Assembly (NCBI GenBank): GCA_007119965.1
Contig: SKOR01000044.1
Span: 8,270 to 72,269 of the forward strand
Direction of reading: 5' to 3'
Source of the DNA: Syntrophomonadaceae bacterium
GTDB taxonomy: Bacteria > Bacillota > Dethiobacteria > DTU022
Length of the DNA: 64,000 bases
The notes under the pieces: generated by a model
Seen by the model: the letters and a program-made list of their open reading frames with translations, nothing else
Told to the model about the DNA's origin: nothing
The model's database searches: none
Shown here: piece by piece, positions 29,911 to 39,817 of the stretch
Layout of the letters: every line of letters starts with the position of its first letter
Position numbering within the stretch: position 1 is the stretch's first letter
Made by a program: the position numbers and the translations under genes

Positions 29911-31381
29911 TCTGAAATCACCCCCGCCCCTGTGGGTCCGGATTGTATTTTACTTTTTACTGCTATCTGCAGTGATCCTGCTGCTGTTTCAGGCCATATT
30001 TGGCTATTCACTGGAAAGGCATCTCCAGGCTTACAGCAGAGACCGGGAAGAAACCCTGAACAGCCAGATTGTAAATACCTTAATAGAGTATTATTCGGCA
30101 GCCGGCAGCTGGAGCGGAATTCAGATGCCTCTGCTTCATGCAGCCATGAGCACCGGCACCCGTTTACTACTGTCCGATGCGGAAGGGCAGCTTATTGCCG
30201 ATACCGGCCTGGGCAGACATCAGCATATGCGGATGGTGCCGGCGCAGCAGCCGGATTTATCAGGCACTGAGAACTATTACTATGTTTTAAAAGAAGGGGA
30301 TGTCACAATTGGCGAATTGACCATTGCCCACCCGGTAACGGCAGAAATCAGTATCTGGCGGCAGCAGGACTTGATACTACAAGATGCATTATCCAGATCC
30401 CTGTTGTGGACCGGCTTAATCGCGATCAGCGCTGCTCTCGTTTTAGGCGTACTGTTCTCCCGCCGGCTAACCAGCCCGCTGGAAGAGATATCCAAAGCCG
30501 CTGTCCGGATCACCAGGGGCGATTATTCCCGCCGGCTTCCCGGTTACCGGAGCCGGGAACTCAACAACCTGGCGCAGTGTTTTAACCAATTGACCCATCA
30601 CCTTCAGGAACTTGAAAAACTTCGGAAACGTTCCGTTGCCGATATCTCGCACGAACTGAGAACGCCGCTGGCTACGCTGCGCAGTTATGTCGAGGCAGTC
30701 AGAGATGGGGTGCTGCCGGCCGATGAAAATACCATGGCTGTCCTGTTGGACGAAGTTATGCACTTAAGCCGGGTGGCTGTAGCCATGGATGAACTGGCCA
30801 GCGCAGAGAGCAAACAGCAGGATCAGGCCGCCCGTGAAACGGTTAACCTGAACCGGTTTTTACAGGACAAGGTTGCTTCTTTCGAGCCTCTTTACCGGGG
30901 CAAAGGGCTGGCTCTCAAACTTAGCCTGCCGGAAAAGCAGATCAATGCTTTTCTGGATCCTGCCGCGCTGCGGAAAATTTTCGGCAACCTCCTTGAGAAT
31001 GCTTACCGTTATACCGGCCAGGGCGGAGAAGTCGAGGTGACCCTTCAGGAAAACCCGGAATATGATCCCGGGGCTGTTCCGCCCCTGGGGCAGGAATCCA
31101 TGCCTGATCAGCCAGCGGATCAGGGGTTGAAAGATATGGTGCTGATTAAGGTAAGGGATAGCGGTATCGGTATCCGGCAGGAACATCTGCCCTATATTTT
31201 TGAACGCTTCTTCCGGGCCGATTCTTCCCGGGAAAGGGAGCAGAGCAGGGCCGGTTCCGGAATCGGTCTGTCCCTGGTCAGGGAGTTAACCAGGTTAGCC
31301 GGCGGGTTTATCTCCGTCAGCAGCCAACCCGGCCAGGGCACAACATTCTACCTGTACCTGGAGCAGCAAAACAGGTTATGA
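29897..31381 (+). CDS. HAMP sensor histidine kinase (BaeS-like)
   Basis: Two TMs, HAMP, SHELRTPL H-box, NLLENA, DSGIGI, FERFFR, GSGIGL. Confidence 0.95.
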   Translation: MKKIDLKSPPPLWVRIVFYFLLLSAVILLLFQAIFGYSLERHLQAYSRDREETLNSQIVNTLIEYYSAAGSWSGIQMPLLHAAMSTGTRLLLSDAEGQLIADTGLGRHQHMRMVPAQQPDLSGTENYYYVLKEGDVTIGELTIAHPVTAEISIWRQQDLILQDALSRSLLWTGLIAISAALVLGVLFSRRLTSPLEEISKAAVRITRGDYSRRLPGYRSRELNNLAQCFNQLTHHLQELEKLRKRSVADISHELRTPLATLRSYVEAVRDGVLPADENTMAVLLDEVMHLSRVAVAMDELASAESKQQDQAARETVNLNRFLQDKVASFEPLYRGKGLALKLSLPEKQINAFLDPAALRKIFGNLLENAYRYTGQGGEVEVTLQENPEYDPGAVPPLGQESMPDQPADQGLKDMVLIKVRDSGIGIRQEHLPYIFERFFRADSSREREQSRAGSGIGLSLVRELTRLAGGFISVSSQPGQGTTFYLYLEQQNRL

Positions 31382-31409
31382 TCAACATAATGGAGGCAGT
31401 TGAACAAAA

Positions 31410-31601
31410 ATGGATGGAACGAAAAAAACCGGCCTGAAAATTGGCAGCAAAGTAAAGATTGTCCAAAAGCAGGATCAAAACAGCGGCGTCCTTACCGAAG
31501 GGACAGTGAAGGCTATTCTAACCAAATCAACGAACCACCCGCATGGCATAAAGGTGCGGTTGGAGAGCGGCGAGGTCGGCAGGGTTAAAACAATCATTTG
31601 A
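31410..31601 (+). CDS. YwbE family protein
   Basis: VKIVQKQDQ.SG.LTEG.V..ILTKS..HPHGIKVRLESG.VGRV. Confidence 0.9.
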   Translation: MDGTKKTGLKIGSKVKIVQKQDQNSGVLTEGTVKAILTKSTNHPHGIKVRLESGEVGRVKTII

Positions 31602-31660
31602 TCGGGCGGTAATGCTTCCGGGCAGTACGGGTAAAAATATGAAGAATTAGTTTGTTGGGT

Positions 31661-32815
31661 TTATTCATTGTCCCGTTTAACTGCCGACAGCCAATCATCG
31701 ATCAGTTCCCAAACCTCTTCATTTTCCAGCCCGCGCCTCCAGCCGGCAATACCGGCGAGCTCATAGCGATGAGCTAATTCGAGGCGATAACTGATTGATG
31801 TGGTATCTTCGAGCCACATTTTATAGGTCAGGCCATCTTTCGAGTAGCTTGCAGTGTTCTGCCGGGCTTCTCCGTCCCACTCAATTTCAGCTTCATTGTC
31901 CTCAATAATGTCTTCCGCCCTGTGCATGGAGTAGGACCAGCTGTTGAGGACTGCCGGTTGTTCGCCCGATTCGTCAATTTCCCACAGGCGGGTGTAAAAG
32001 GGGATCCCCAGGATTAGTTTTTCAGGGGGCACCTCTTTTAAGACCTGCCTGAGGCCGCTTTCCACCCAGGGCAAAGAAGCAACAGAACCGGCTACTGGTG
32101 AGGAAGCCCAGTGTTCATCGTAAGCCATCAGGATGATGTAGTCTGCCGCTTCAGCCAGGGCGGCGCGGTCGTAGCCGAGGCTCCAGTATGCTGAAGTCGA
32201 GAGCATGGTTACATCAACCGAGAGGATGATGTTTTCTTCGCGGCAGCGCTCTGCCATTTCGCTAATGAATTCAGTGAACAGATCACGGTAATCGGCATGG
32301 AAGTTTTCGAAATCAATATTCAGCCCCTCCAAGTCATATTCAAGGGCCAGGCCAATAAGTTCTTCAACGATATTTTGCCTCACCTCTTCGTTGCTGAGAA
32401 AGGCTGCAGTAATTTCAGGATCAAAGTTGTTGGTAACCAGGGCCCAGATGTCGTAACCGCGTTCCCTGGCCCAGGCGAGGTATTCACTGTCAAACTGGCT
32501 GCTTATGGTGCCCTCTTGATCTGTAATGTGGAACCAGGTCGGTGAGACAATTTGGACAGAAGGCATCGGGCCGATTGATGCAGGGTCATACCCGATTGCA
32601 GCATACTCCCAGGTGATAACCAGCGGATCGGGCCGTTCAGGTTTGTCGTTTTCCAGATCCTGCTGTGGCGATTCGACCGGGGCAGCGACGTTGTAGGCGT
32701 AGTAGGCCCCTGTAGAAAGGACTGCCAGGGCAAAAATGATCACTGCCAAGCTAATTAGTTTTTGGTTTATAAAAAACGGGCGGTTATTGCGTCTCCTCTT
32801 TCCAGGTAGTGTCAA
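31661..32815 (-). CDS. glycoside hydrolase family 18 protein (membrane-anchored)
   Basis: N-terminal TM, SPTWF, GLNIDFE catalytic motif, MAYDEHW, LGIPFY, WRRG. Confidence 0.88.
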   Translation of the reverse strand: MTLPGKRRRNNRPFFINQKLISLAVIIFALAVLSTGAYYAYNVAAPVESPQQDLENDKPERPDPLVITWEYAAIGYDPASIGPMPSVQIVSPTWFHITDQEGTISSQFDSEYLAWARERGYDIWALVTNNFDPEITAAFLSNEEVRQNIVEELIGLALEYDLEGLNIDFENFHADYRDLFTEFISEMAERCREENIILSVDVTMLSTSAYWSLGYDRAALAEAADYIILMAYDEHWASSPVAGSVASLPWVESGLRQVLKEVPPEKLILGIPFYTRLWEIDESGEQPAVLNSWSYSMHRAEDIIEDNEAEIEWDGEARQNTASYSKDGLTYKMWLEDTTSISYRLELAHRYELAGIAGWRRGLENEEVWELIDDWLSAVKRDNE

Positions 32816-33280
32816 CGTAAGAATCCCTCCGGTGTCCTGCTGTGAATAATCTTTGTATCTGCTGCTCGTCTCATCAGGGCTCTGCAGGTTAGCTGAGCAG
32901 GTGCTAATTTTTTAAAGTATAGCACAACCCGGGGCTTTGCTGAAACAAAATACCCGGCTGCCTGATCCGGAAGCCACTAATTTACAGGATGATCGATTAG
33001 CCTGTGCAGGGTAAATTTTTCTGCTTGCAGGTACGCATGATCATAGCTTTGCCGGTCAGAACTGCAGTGAGGAGGTCCCCGGGACGCTGTTTTTTTTAAG
33101 GACAACGCTATTAAAAACTGTTTGCTGCAAAGTTGATTTCTTATAAAGGATGTAAATGTCTGCTGCAGCTGCTTTTGTTGAAGGCAAGGGTGTTTTAAGT
33201 GTATAATTTGAATGTAAATATTTCTATTGAGAACGTTCGAATGATGATAAAACCGTTCGATTTGTTTGGAGGGATAGTTG

Positions 33281-34261
33281 ATGGCAGACCATGGCAAAAA
33301 AAGTGACACCAGTTGCCTCACCGAAGAAGAAATCCTGGCAGGCTATCGGAAAAAGCTGCCCGGGGTAGTAAAAAAGATTATCGAAAATTGCAGCCAGCAG
33401 AAATGTAACAGCCACGTTGATTATGAACCGATTCCATCTAAGGAATCTGTGGTAAACATAATCAACAAGTTCATGGAAATCATATTCCCGGGTTATTTTA
33501 ATCCTGAAAAGCTTGACCCTGTTAATTTGCACTACACTATCGGGCAGGATGTTACACAGCTCTACATGATGCTTTCCGAGCAGGTGATCAGCAGCATCCG
33601 GCACGATTGTATCCGTTACAACCTGACCTGCCGGGAGTGTATAGATTCCGGTTACGACATCACCCTTAATGTTCTGAAACAAATTCCGGCGGTTCGGGAC
33701 ACCATGGAAGCAGACGTTAAAGCTGCATATGAGGGGGATCCTGCTTCACGGAGCTATGATGAAATTATTTTCAGCTATCCCGGTATTTTCGCCATTACCG
33801 TTTACCGGGTAGCAAACCTGCTCTACAGGCAAGAGGTACCGCTTTTGCCCAGGATTATGACCGAACATGCGCACGGTCAAACCGGTATCGACATCCACCC
33901 GGGGGCTGATATTGCCGAACGCTTTGTGATTGATCATGGTACCGGGGTCGTGATCGGTGAAACGACCACAATCGGTAAAGATGTCCGAATCTACCAGGGC
34001 GTAACTTTAGGCGCTCTATCCCTGCCCCGCGGTGCAGGTGATAAATACCGGGGCCGGAAGCGCCACCCCGATATTGAAGACGACGTGATTATATACTCGG
34101 GGGCGACAATTCTTGGAGGCAATACAACCATCGGTGCAAGGTCCGTAATTGGCGGCAATGTCTGGCTGACCGATTCGGTGCCGCCGGATACGCAGGTAAT
34201 CATGGAAACGCCTCAGCTCATTTATAAGCAGGGTCCGGGGGAAGGCAATTCTAACAGGTAA
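33281..34261 (+). CDS. cysE: serine O-acetyltransferase (long EpsC-type)
   Basis: GDPA, YPG, TGIDIHPGA, IDHGTGVVIGET, YQGVTLG, KRHP. Confidence 0.92.
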   Translation: MADHGKKSDTSCLTEEEILAGYRKKLPGVVKKIIENCSQQKCNSHVDYEPIPSKESVVNIINKFMEIIFPGYFNPEKLDPVNLHYTIGQDVTQLYMMLSEQVISSIRHDCIRYNLTCRECIDSGYDITLNVLKQIPAVRDTMEADVKAAYEGDPASRSYDEIIFSYPGIFAITVYRVANLLYRQEVPLLPRIMTEHAHGQTGIDIHPGADIAERFVIDHGTGVVIGETTTIGKDVRIYQGVTLGALSLPRGAGDKYRGRKRHPDIEDDVIIYSGATILGGNTTIGARSVIGGNVWLTDSVPPDTQVIMETPQLIYKQGPGEGNSNR

Positions 34262-34459
34262 ACTGATCCGTTAATCTGTAACTGCTGCTTTTCTCAGCAG
34301 GGGAAAAGATCTATAATAACAATTAGAGCTCTGCAGGTTAAATAAAAGAAGAATATCGGAAAAACAGTCGGCGGCCCTGCCAACTCAAACATGGAATAAG
34401 CATTGATCAAGATGCCGCCTGCCCCGGCTCAAACAAACCAAACGGAGGCTTGATGATCA

Positions 34460-34651
34460 ATGTGCATGGTTACGCTGTACAGGGGAAGCGTCAAAGAGGA
34501 AAACAAGCTGGCTGAAAAAGTAACCAGGTATTCACTGAACATTTCCAATAAGAAGCTGACTGTTCACCCCATGCTCAAAGAGCCGCAGGTATTTGAAATT
34601 GAAAAAAATATAAGCTGGGATGAAGCTAATGACTCCATGATTATCGAATAA
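34460..34651 (+). CDS. CooT-like small metal-binding protein
   Basis: GGAGG RBS; MCMVTLY N-terminus with Cys2, 63 aa, beta-rich; similarity judged by eye. Confidence 0.5.
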   Translation: MCMVTLYRGSVKEENKLAEKVTRYSLNISNKKLTVHPMLKEPQVFEIEKNISWDEANDSMIIE

Positions 34652-34937
34652 TATTCAGGGAGCCAGGTTGCCTGCCCCACCATTGAACCCCTCTGCCGGA
34701 TTTATTGACCAGCCAGGGAAACCCTTTTTCCGTGACCGGCAAATACTAACCAGGCTTTTCAAACCGAAATGGATGCAATGATCAGCGAAGGTGTAAAAAA
34801 CTGATCCTGAAAAATGATCAAAGAGACTGCAGTTAGTAAGACGAGAAAATGGCTGGATAATAATGCATGGCAGAGGATGGCCATCTACTGTTGGTAAATA
34901 TAGTGATTTTCTACAGGATTGCAGGGTCAGGGGAAGA

Positions 34938-35426
34938 TCAGAAGAACAAAAGATCAACAGCGTGGGCGATAAGCCCGGCCAGGATGCAAAAAAGAAACCC
35001 CAGGGCCATCCGCAATGCGGTGAATCTGATGCCTAAGAAGCTGCTTTCAAAAGGTATTTTTGAGAGGCCCAGGTAGGTCCATCCGACAAGCAGCGCCACG
35101 GTTGTCCCGAGGCCGGCGCCGGCATGGTAGATGGTAGCTATGATCGGGTAGGAAGCATAAGGCCCGAAAGCCATCAGCATTCCGCCAAAAGTGCCGAGCA
35201 TAATTCCAGTAAATCCGGCTTCCTGGGCCAGCCAGCGTCTGATAAATTCTTCCGGGATTATAACTTCCAGCAGGCCGGCCAGCAGCATGGCCAGGAGAAT
35301 AACCGGCAGGGCAAGAGTAAGCTGCCTGAAGCTGCTTTTTAAGCCGGCCCAGTGCCTGCCGCTCCGCAAATTGATCATAAAAAGGATTACGGCCAGGATT
35401 AAAAAAACTATAGTCGGTATTGTCAT
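34938..35426 (-). CDS. permease, DUF318/ArsP-like half
   Basis: Hydrophobic; IPEEFIRRWLAQEAG, GPYASYP; overlaps the upstream paralog (ATGA). Confidence 0.75.
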   Translation of the reverse strand: MTIPTIVFLILAVILFMINLRSGRHWAGLKSSFRQLTLALPVILLAMLLAGLLEVIIPEEFIRRWLAQEAGFTGIMLGTFGGMLMAFGPYASYPIIATIYHAGAGLGTTVALLVGWTYLGLSKIPFESSFLGIRFTALRMALGFLFCILAGLIAHAVDLLFF

Positions 35427-35953
35427 TGCCGGCCGCCCTTCTCCCGGTTTTCGCCGCTAAATCCATCAGGTAGAAAGCGCCTGATGAGCAAACCCATGAC
35501 AAATGGGAAGGGAAGGGTAATGATATTTCTTAAGAGAGCCAGGCCAGGGGTGGTCAGGCTGATTTCCAGGGGCAGGCGGGTAAAGTCATAGTTCTGTTTG
35601 CCGACTACGAATGAAAAAATCAGGTAGAATGGAATACTTTTATCTTTAAACCCGGCCAGGAAAGGGTAGAAGATATATGGACCGCCCGGGAAGAGGCCGC
35701 CAGCGATGGAACTCATGGCGATACTCTTGCTGCCTGAATACTTATCCAACCACTGTTTGATCATCTCCGAAGAAATCAGTACCTGCAGCTGGCCGATCAC
35801 GATAAAGGCGACAATTATAAGCAGGAAGGCCCGCATTGCCGTCCGGCCGGCCTGGGCCAGGCCTTCAGCAACAAGCCCGGTTCCCCCAAGAGAATAGACT
35901 GCCACTAAGACAAGCAGCACGGCTGTTAACAGGATAAAGGCAGTTTTTTTCAC
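35423..35953 (-). CDS. permease, DUF318/ArsP-like half
   Basis: Hydrophobic; ISSEMIKQWL, FPGGPYIFYP, RLPLE; GTG start after GGAGG. Confidence 0.75.
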   Translation of the reverse strand: MKKTAFILLTAVLLVLVAVYSLGGTGLVAEGLAQAGRTAMRAFLLIIVAFIVIGQLQVLISSEMIKQWLDKYSGSKSIAMSSIAGGLFPGGPYIFYPFLAGFKDKSIPFYLIFSFVVGKQNYDFTRLPLEISLTTPGLALLRNIITLPFPFVMGLLIRRFLPDGFSGENREKGGRQ

Positions 35954-36242
35954 TAAGCGCCCGGCCTCCAATCTCTATGGATAGGAATTTCTACGCTGCC
36001 GGCCCGTTTCCTCTTCTCAACCCTAAAGTTCCATTCCGGGAAAGGAGACAGGGGAAAGGGGACAGGCAGGCAGTCCCACCGCTAATTGCCAGAAAGGGGC
36101 ACTCGGCCTGCCTCTTTCTCACCGGCACCCTGTGCCCTGCCGGCAGCCTTTCCCGTGCAGTTTGACAATTAGATGCCCGCCGGCAGGGAAAAGGCGATTA
36201 ATGTTGAATACACTAGAAAATAATCAGGACAGGAAGCCGATT

Positions 36243-37253
36243 ATGTCGACTATCGATGATATCGCCCGCCTGGCGGGAGTTTCCGGTGCTACTGTATCGA
36301 GGGTGATCAATAATGCGCCGAATGTTAAACCGGAAACCCGGCAAAGGGTTCAAAAAGCAATTGCTGAGCTAAACTACTACCCAAACAGCCTGGCCCGAAG
36401 CATGAGAAGTAAAAAGACCAACAGTATTGGCCTGCTTCTGGCTGATATTACCAACCCCTTTTACGCCGAAACCGCTAAAACGATCATTGAGATAGCGGGG
36501 AGGCACAACTATTCCATTATCCTCTGCACCACCAATAACGATATAAACGAACAGCAAAAATATATCAATGTCTTGCTGCAGAGGAAGGTTGACGGTTTTA
36601 TCTTTGCTTCCGTGCACTGGAAAGATTCTTCGCTGCAGGAAGTTGTCTCCAGCGGCCTGCCCTATATACTCTATAACCGCAAGGCGGAAAAAAGCGCCGA
36701 CCTCAATTACGTTGTCCTCGATAACGAACTGGGAGCTTTTATGGCAGTTGAGCACCTCTACAACCTGGGCCACCGCAGGATAGCGATGATTCGCGGCCCG
36801 CATTCCTTCTCCACGGGCAGGGAAAGGGTGAGCGGTTATATGAAGGGCCTGAAACATTTCGGCCTATCCTATGACCAGGAAATCGTGGTCCAGGGGAAGT
36901 ACAGCGAACAGCAGTCGTTCGAAGCTGCTATAAAACTGCTCAAAGCCGACAATCCGCCCACGGCAATCTTTGCGTCCAATGATCTGATGGCACTCAGTGC
37001 TTTTGATGCCATAGTTTCCTCTGGCCTGAGAATTCCAGAAGATATTTCCCTGGTCGGTTTTGATGATATCGAGATTGCCTCCCACAAGGCAATTGAGCTT
37101 ACTACGGTATCCCAGAACAGGAACATGATGGCAGAGATAGCTATAGTGAGCCTGCATAAGATGATCCGGAATGATGATCTTCAACTGCCGGTCCAGGTCG
37201 TTCTCAGGCCGAAACTGGCTGCCAGAAAGACCTCCGGGAAACTGCTTCGTTAA
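36243..37253 (+). CDS. LacI-family transcriptional regulator
   Basis: TIDDIARLAGVSGATVSRVIN HTH, Y.PN..AR, NDLMA, IPEDISLVGFDD. Confidence 0.95.
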   Translation: MSTIDDIARLAGVSGATVSRVINNAPNVKPETRQRVQKAIAELNYYPNSLARSMRSKKTNSIGLLLADITNPFYAETAKTIIEIAGRHNYSIILCTTNNDINEQQKYINVLLQRKVDGFIFASVHWKDSSLQEVVSSGLPYILYNRKAEKSADLNYVVLDNELGAFMAVEHLYNLGHRRIAMIRGPHSFSTGRERVSGYMKGLKHFGLSYDQEIVVQGKYSEQQSFEAAIKLLKADNPPTAIFASNDLMALSAFDAIVSSGLRIPEDISLVGFDDIEIASHKAIELTTVSQNRNMMAEIAIVSLHKMIRNDDLQLPVQVVLRPKLAARKTSGKLLR

Positions 37254-37318
37254 AACAAATATATTATCCACAAAAGAAGGGATAATTTAATTTGCATAGA
37301 ATATTTAAATTAGAAAAA

Positions 37319-37431
37319 ATGTAAACGTTTACATAATTAGCTCCATTAGAACATTATGTTCATTGAGCAATTGCCTTAAAACGGCTTCATTACGGTTAAT
37401 ATTACTCTAATTTCACATGTAAACGATTACA
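37319..37431. promoter_or_regulatory. pair of LacI-type operators
   Basis: Perfect 16-bp palindrome ATGTAAACGTTTACAT (37319-37334) and TGTAAACGATTACA (37418-37431). Confidence 0.75.
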
Positions 37432-37505
37432 ACACTTAAAAGGGCATGTTTAGTGACATTAAGTTTATTTTGGCAAATACCATCATTTGTTTGGAGGGGC
37501 GGCCG

Positions 37506-37730
37506 ATCATAACAGTCAGATTTATAAGCGCCCTGCAGGATTACGTGCCTGCCGCAGAAGTAAAAGTCAAGTATTATCCCGGGCTTACGGTCAGGACAAT
37601 CCTGGAAGAGTATAAACTACCGGCCGGGCAGGTGGGCCTGGTGCTGGTTGATCAGAAAGCAGAAACCGTAGACTGCGCTCTTAAAGACAATTCGACAGTT
37701 GAACTCTACCCTATTTTCGGAGGAGGCTGA
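37506..37730 (+). CDS. MoaD/ThiS-family sulfur carrier
   Basis: C-terminal PIFGGG; probable ATC start 6 nt after GGAGGGG; directly upstream of AOR. Confidence 0.85.
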   Translation: MITVRFISALQDYVPAAEVKVKYYPGLTVRTILEEYKLPAGQVGLVLVDQKAETVDCALKDNSTVELYPIFGGG

Positions 37731-37732
37731 GC

Positions 37733-39604
37733 ATGAGTTATAACGGAAAAATACTGAAGGTTAACCTTTCATCAGCGGAAGTAGAGATTGAAAAAAAGGA
37801 GGAAGATTTTTACCGGCGCTATTTCGGCGGTCACGGAATCGGCCTGTATTACCTTTTGAATGAATCCGGGGAAGAAACCGATCCCCTCGGGCCGGACAAC
37901 CCCCTGGTATTTGCTCCCGGCCTTTTAACCGGTCAAAGGATCCCGGCCGTACCCCGCTACATTGTCATGGCAAAATCACCGCTGACCAATGCGCTGGGTA
38001 AGTCGGAAGCCGGAGGTTGGTGGGGGCCCGAGTTAAAAAAAGCCGGCTTTGATGCAATTGTGATTACCGGGGCATCGCCGAAACCGGTTTACCTCTGGAT
38101 TAAGGACGGCCAGGTGGAAATCAGGGATGCGACCCACCTTTGGGGCCGTGAAACCGGGGAAACGCAGGATGGAATCCGGGAGGAATTGGATGACAAACGG
38201 ATCCAGGTAGCCCAGATTGGCCCTGCCGGGGAAAACCAGGTCCTCTACGCCAATATTGTCAACAACCTGGCTCACTTTAACGGGCGAAACGGCCTTGGCG
38301 CCGTGATGGGTGCCAAGAATCTCAAGGCCATAGCAGTGCGCGGAACGGCAGCCCCGGAAGCAGAAAACGCTGAGCAGTTAAAAGAAATATTTAGCTGGGC
38401 TGTCGATAATATCAGTGAGCACCCCCTCGGCTCCATGCTCCACAAACATGGCACCCCGGGAGGAATAAAGACGGTCAACGCCCAGGGCGGCCTGCCGACA
38501 AACAACTTCGCACTCGGAGTCTGTGATGATGCCGAAGAGCTTGCCTCAGAGCAGTACAGCCTGAAGCCAAAAGGTTGTTACGCCTGTCCGGTGGTGTGCA
38601 AGAGAGTGGTGGAAATTAATGAGGGCGAAATAAAAGTTGACAGGAGATATGGTGGCCCGGAATATGAGACCCTGGCGGCTATCGGTTCAAACTGCGGCAT
38701 TAGCGATCTGAAGATAGTAGCCAAGGCTAACGAATTGTGCAACCGTTATACCCTGGATACCATCTCGCTTGGCATGACCATTTCTTTCGCCATGAGGTGT
38801 TTCGAAGAAGGCATTATCGGTACTGAAGATACTGACGGCCTGGAGCTTAAGTTTGGCAATAAAGAAGTTATTCTGCCCCTGGTTGAGAAAATTGCCCGGC
38901 GGGAAGGTTTTGGTGACTTGCTTTCCCGGGGAAGCAGGCGGGCGGCCGAAGTATTCGGCCCTGAAAGCGAGAAGTTCCTGGTCGAAGTAAAGGGCCAGGA
39001 AGCGCCCATGCACGATCCGCGGATAAAAAGCGGTCTCGGACTGCAGTATGCCCTTTCGGTTAACGGTGCCGATCACTGGTATGCCCAGCATGATCCTTTC
39101 TTTGCAACTGCCGATGGTTTTGGCGTCATAGAAATGTCGGCTCTCGGCATCACGGAACCGGTTGAACCGCTTGATACCGGCGCCTCCAAGGTCAGGATGA
39201 TTTTTTATACCAGCCTCCTCAACAGCGCTTACGATGTGCTCGGGGTATGCATGTTTGGCTATGTCGCCCGCAGCCTGATTCCCCTGGACAAACTTGCCGC
39301 TGCTGTGAAAGCGGCAACAGGTTGGAACACAAGCTGGTGGGAAATGATCAAGGCCGGGGAAAGGGCCCTGGCCATGGCCCGGGAGTATAACCGCCGGCAG
39401 GGTTTGGCAGCCGCCGATGACAGGCTGCCCCGGTTATTCTACAGTTTTCTTGAAAAAGGGCCGTTTGGTGGAAAGATAACCCTGGAAAAAGAACAGTTTG
39501 AAGCGGCGGTGGCTTTATACTACGGTATGGCCGGTTGGACTGCTGAAGGCGGAGTCACTGAAAGCAAGCTTGAAGAGTTGGGACTTGCCTGGCTTAATCA
39601 GTAG
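37733..39604 (+). CDS. aor: aldehyde:ferredoxin oxidoreductase family (tungsten) enzyme
   Basis: KSPLT, GR.GLGAVMG.KNLKAIAV, CYACPVVC, GPEYET, LDTIS.G, KGQE.PMHDPR. Confidence 0.92.
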   Translation: MSYNGKILKVNLSSAEVEIEKKEEDFYRRYFGGHGIGLYYLLNESGEETDPLGPDNPLVFAPGLLTGQRIPAVPRYIVMAKSPLTNALGKSEAGGWWGPELKKAGFDAIVITGASPKPVYLWIKDGQVEIRDATHLWGRETGETQDGIREELDDKRIQVAQIGPAGENQVLYANIVNNLAHFNGRNGLGAVMGAKNLKAIAVRGTAAPEAENAEQLKEIFSWAVDNISEHPLGSMLHKHGTPGGIKTVNAQGGLPTNNFALGVCDDAEELASEQYSLKPKGCYACPVVCKRVVEINEGEIKVDRRYGGPEYETLAAIGSNCGISDLKIVAKANELCNRYTLDTISLGMTISFAMRCFEEGIIGTEDTDGLELKFGNKEVILPLVEKIARREGFGDLLSRGSRRAAEVFGPESEKFLVEVKGQEAPMHDPRIKSGLGLQYALSVNGADHWYAQHDPFFATADGFGVIEMSALGITEPVEPLDTGASKVRMIFYTSLLNSAYDVLGVCMFGYVARSLIPLDKLAAAVKAATGWNTSWWEMIKAGERALAMAREYNRRQGLAAADDRLPRLFYSFLEKGPFGGKITLEKEQFEAAVALYYGMAGWTAEGGVTESKLEELGLAWLNQ

Positions 39605-39644
39605 TAAAGCAAGAATAGCCCTACAGGGAATGCTTTCTTAGAGA

Positions 39645-39763
39645 TATAGACGATTACATCATGCCGCAGCTTACAACTTAGAACTGCACCAAGATAAATG
39701 AAGCTTTAAACATCAAGATCAGGCAACCAGATTAGATCATCAAGAATGGTGTAATCGTCTATG
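39645..39763. promoter_or_regulatory. second pair of LacI-type operators (inverted repeat)
   Basis: TATAGACGATTACA (39645-39658) and TGTAATCGTCTATG (39750-39763); 16/17-bp inverted repeat resembling the 37320 palindrome. Confidence 0.55.
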
Positions 39764-39817
39764 TTAAATCTGAAAAGGGTAAAGAAATTTATTAATCAAG
39801 AAAGGAGCTGTGTGGTT

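Noticed and set aside
34655-34957. 100-aa minus-strand ORF and an Rrf2-like sequence near 34896
   Set aside because: No RBS or protein-like features; the site lies between convergent genes with no target
36020-36060. Moco/Wco riboswitch near the AOR cluster
   Set aside because: Only a GGAAAGGAG fragment matches; the other conserved elements are missing and it lies upstream of lacI rather than aor
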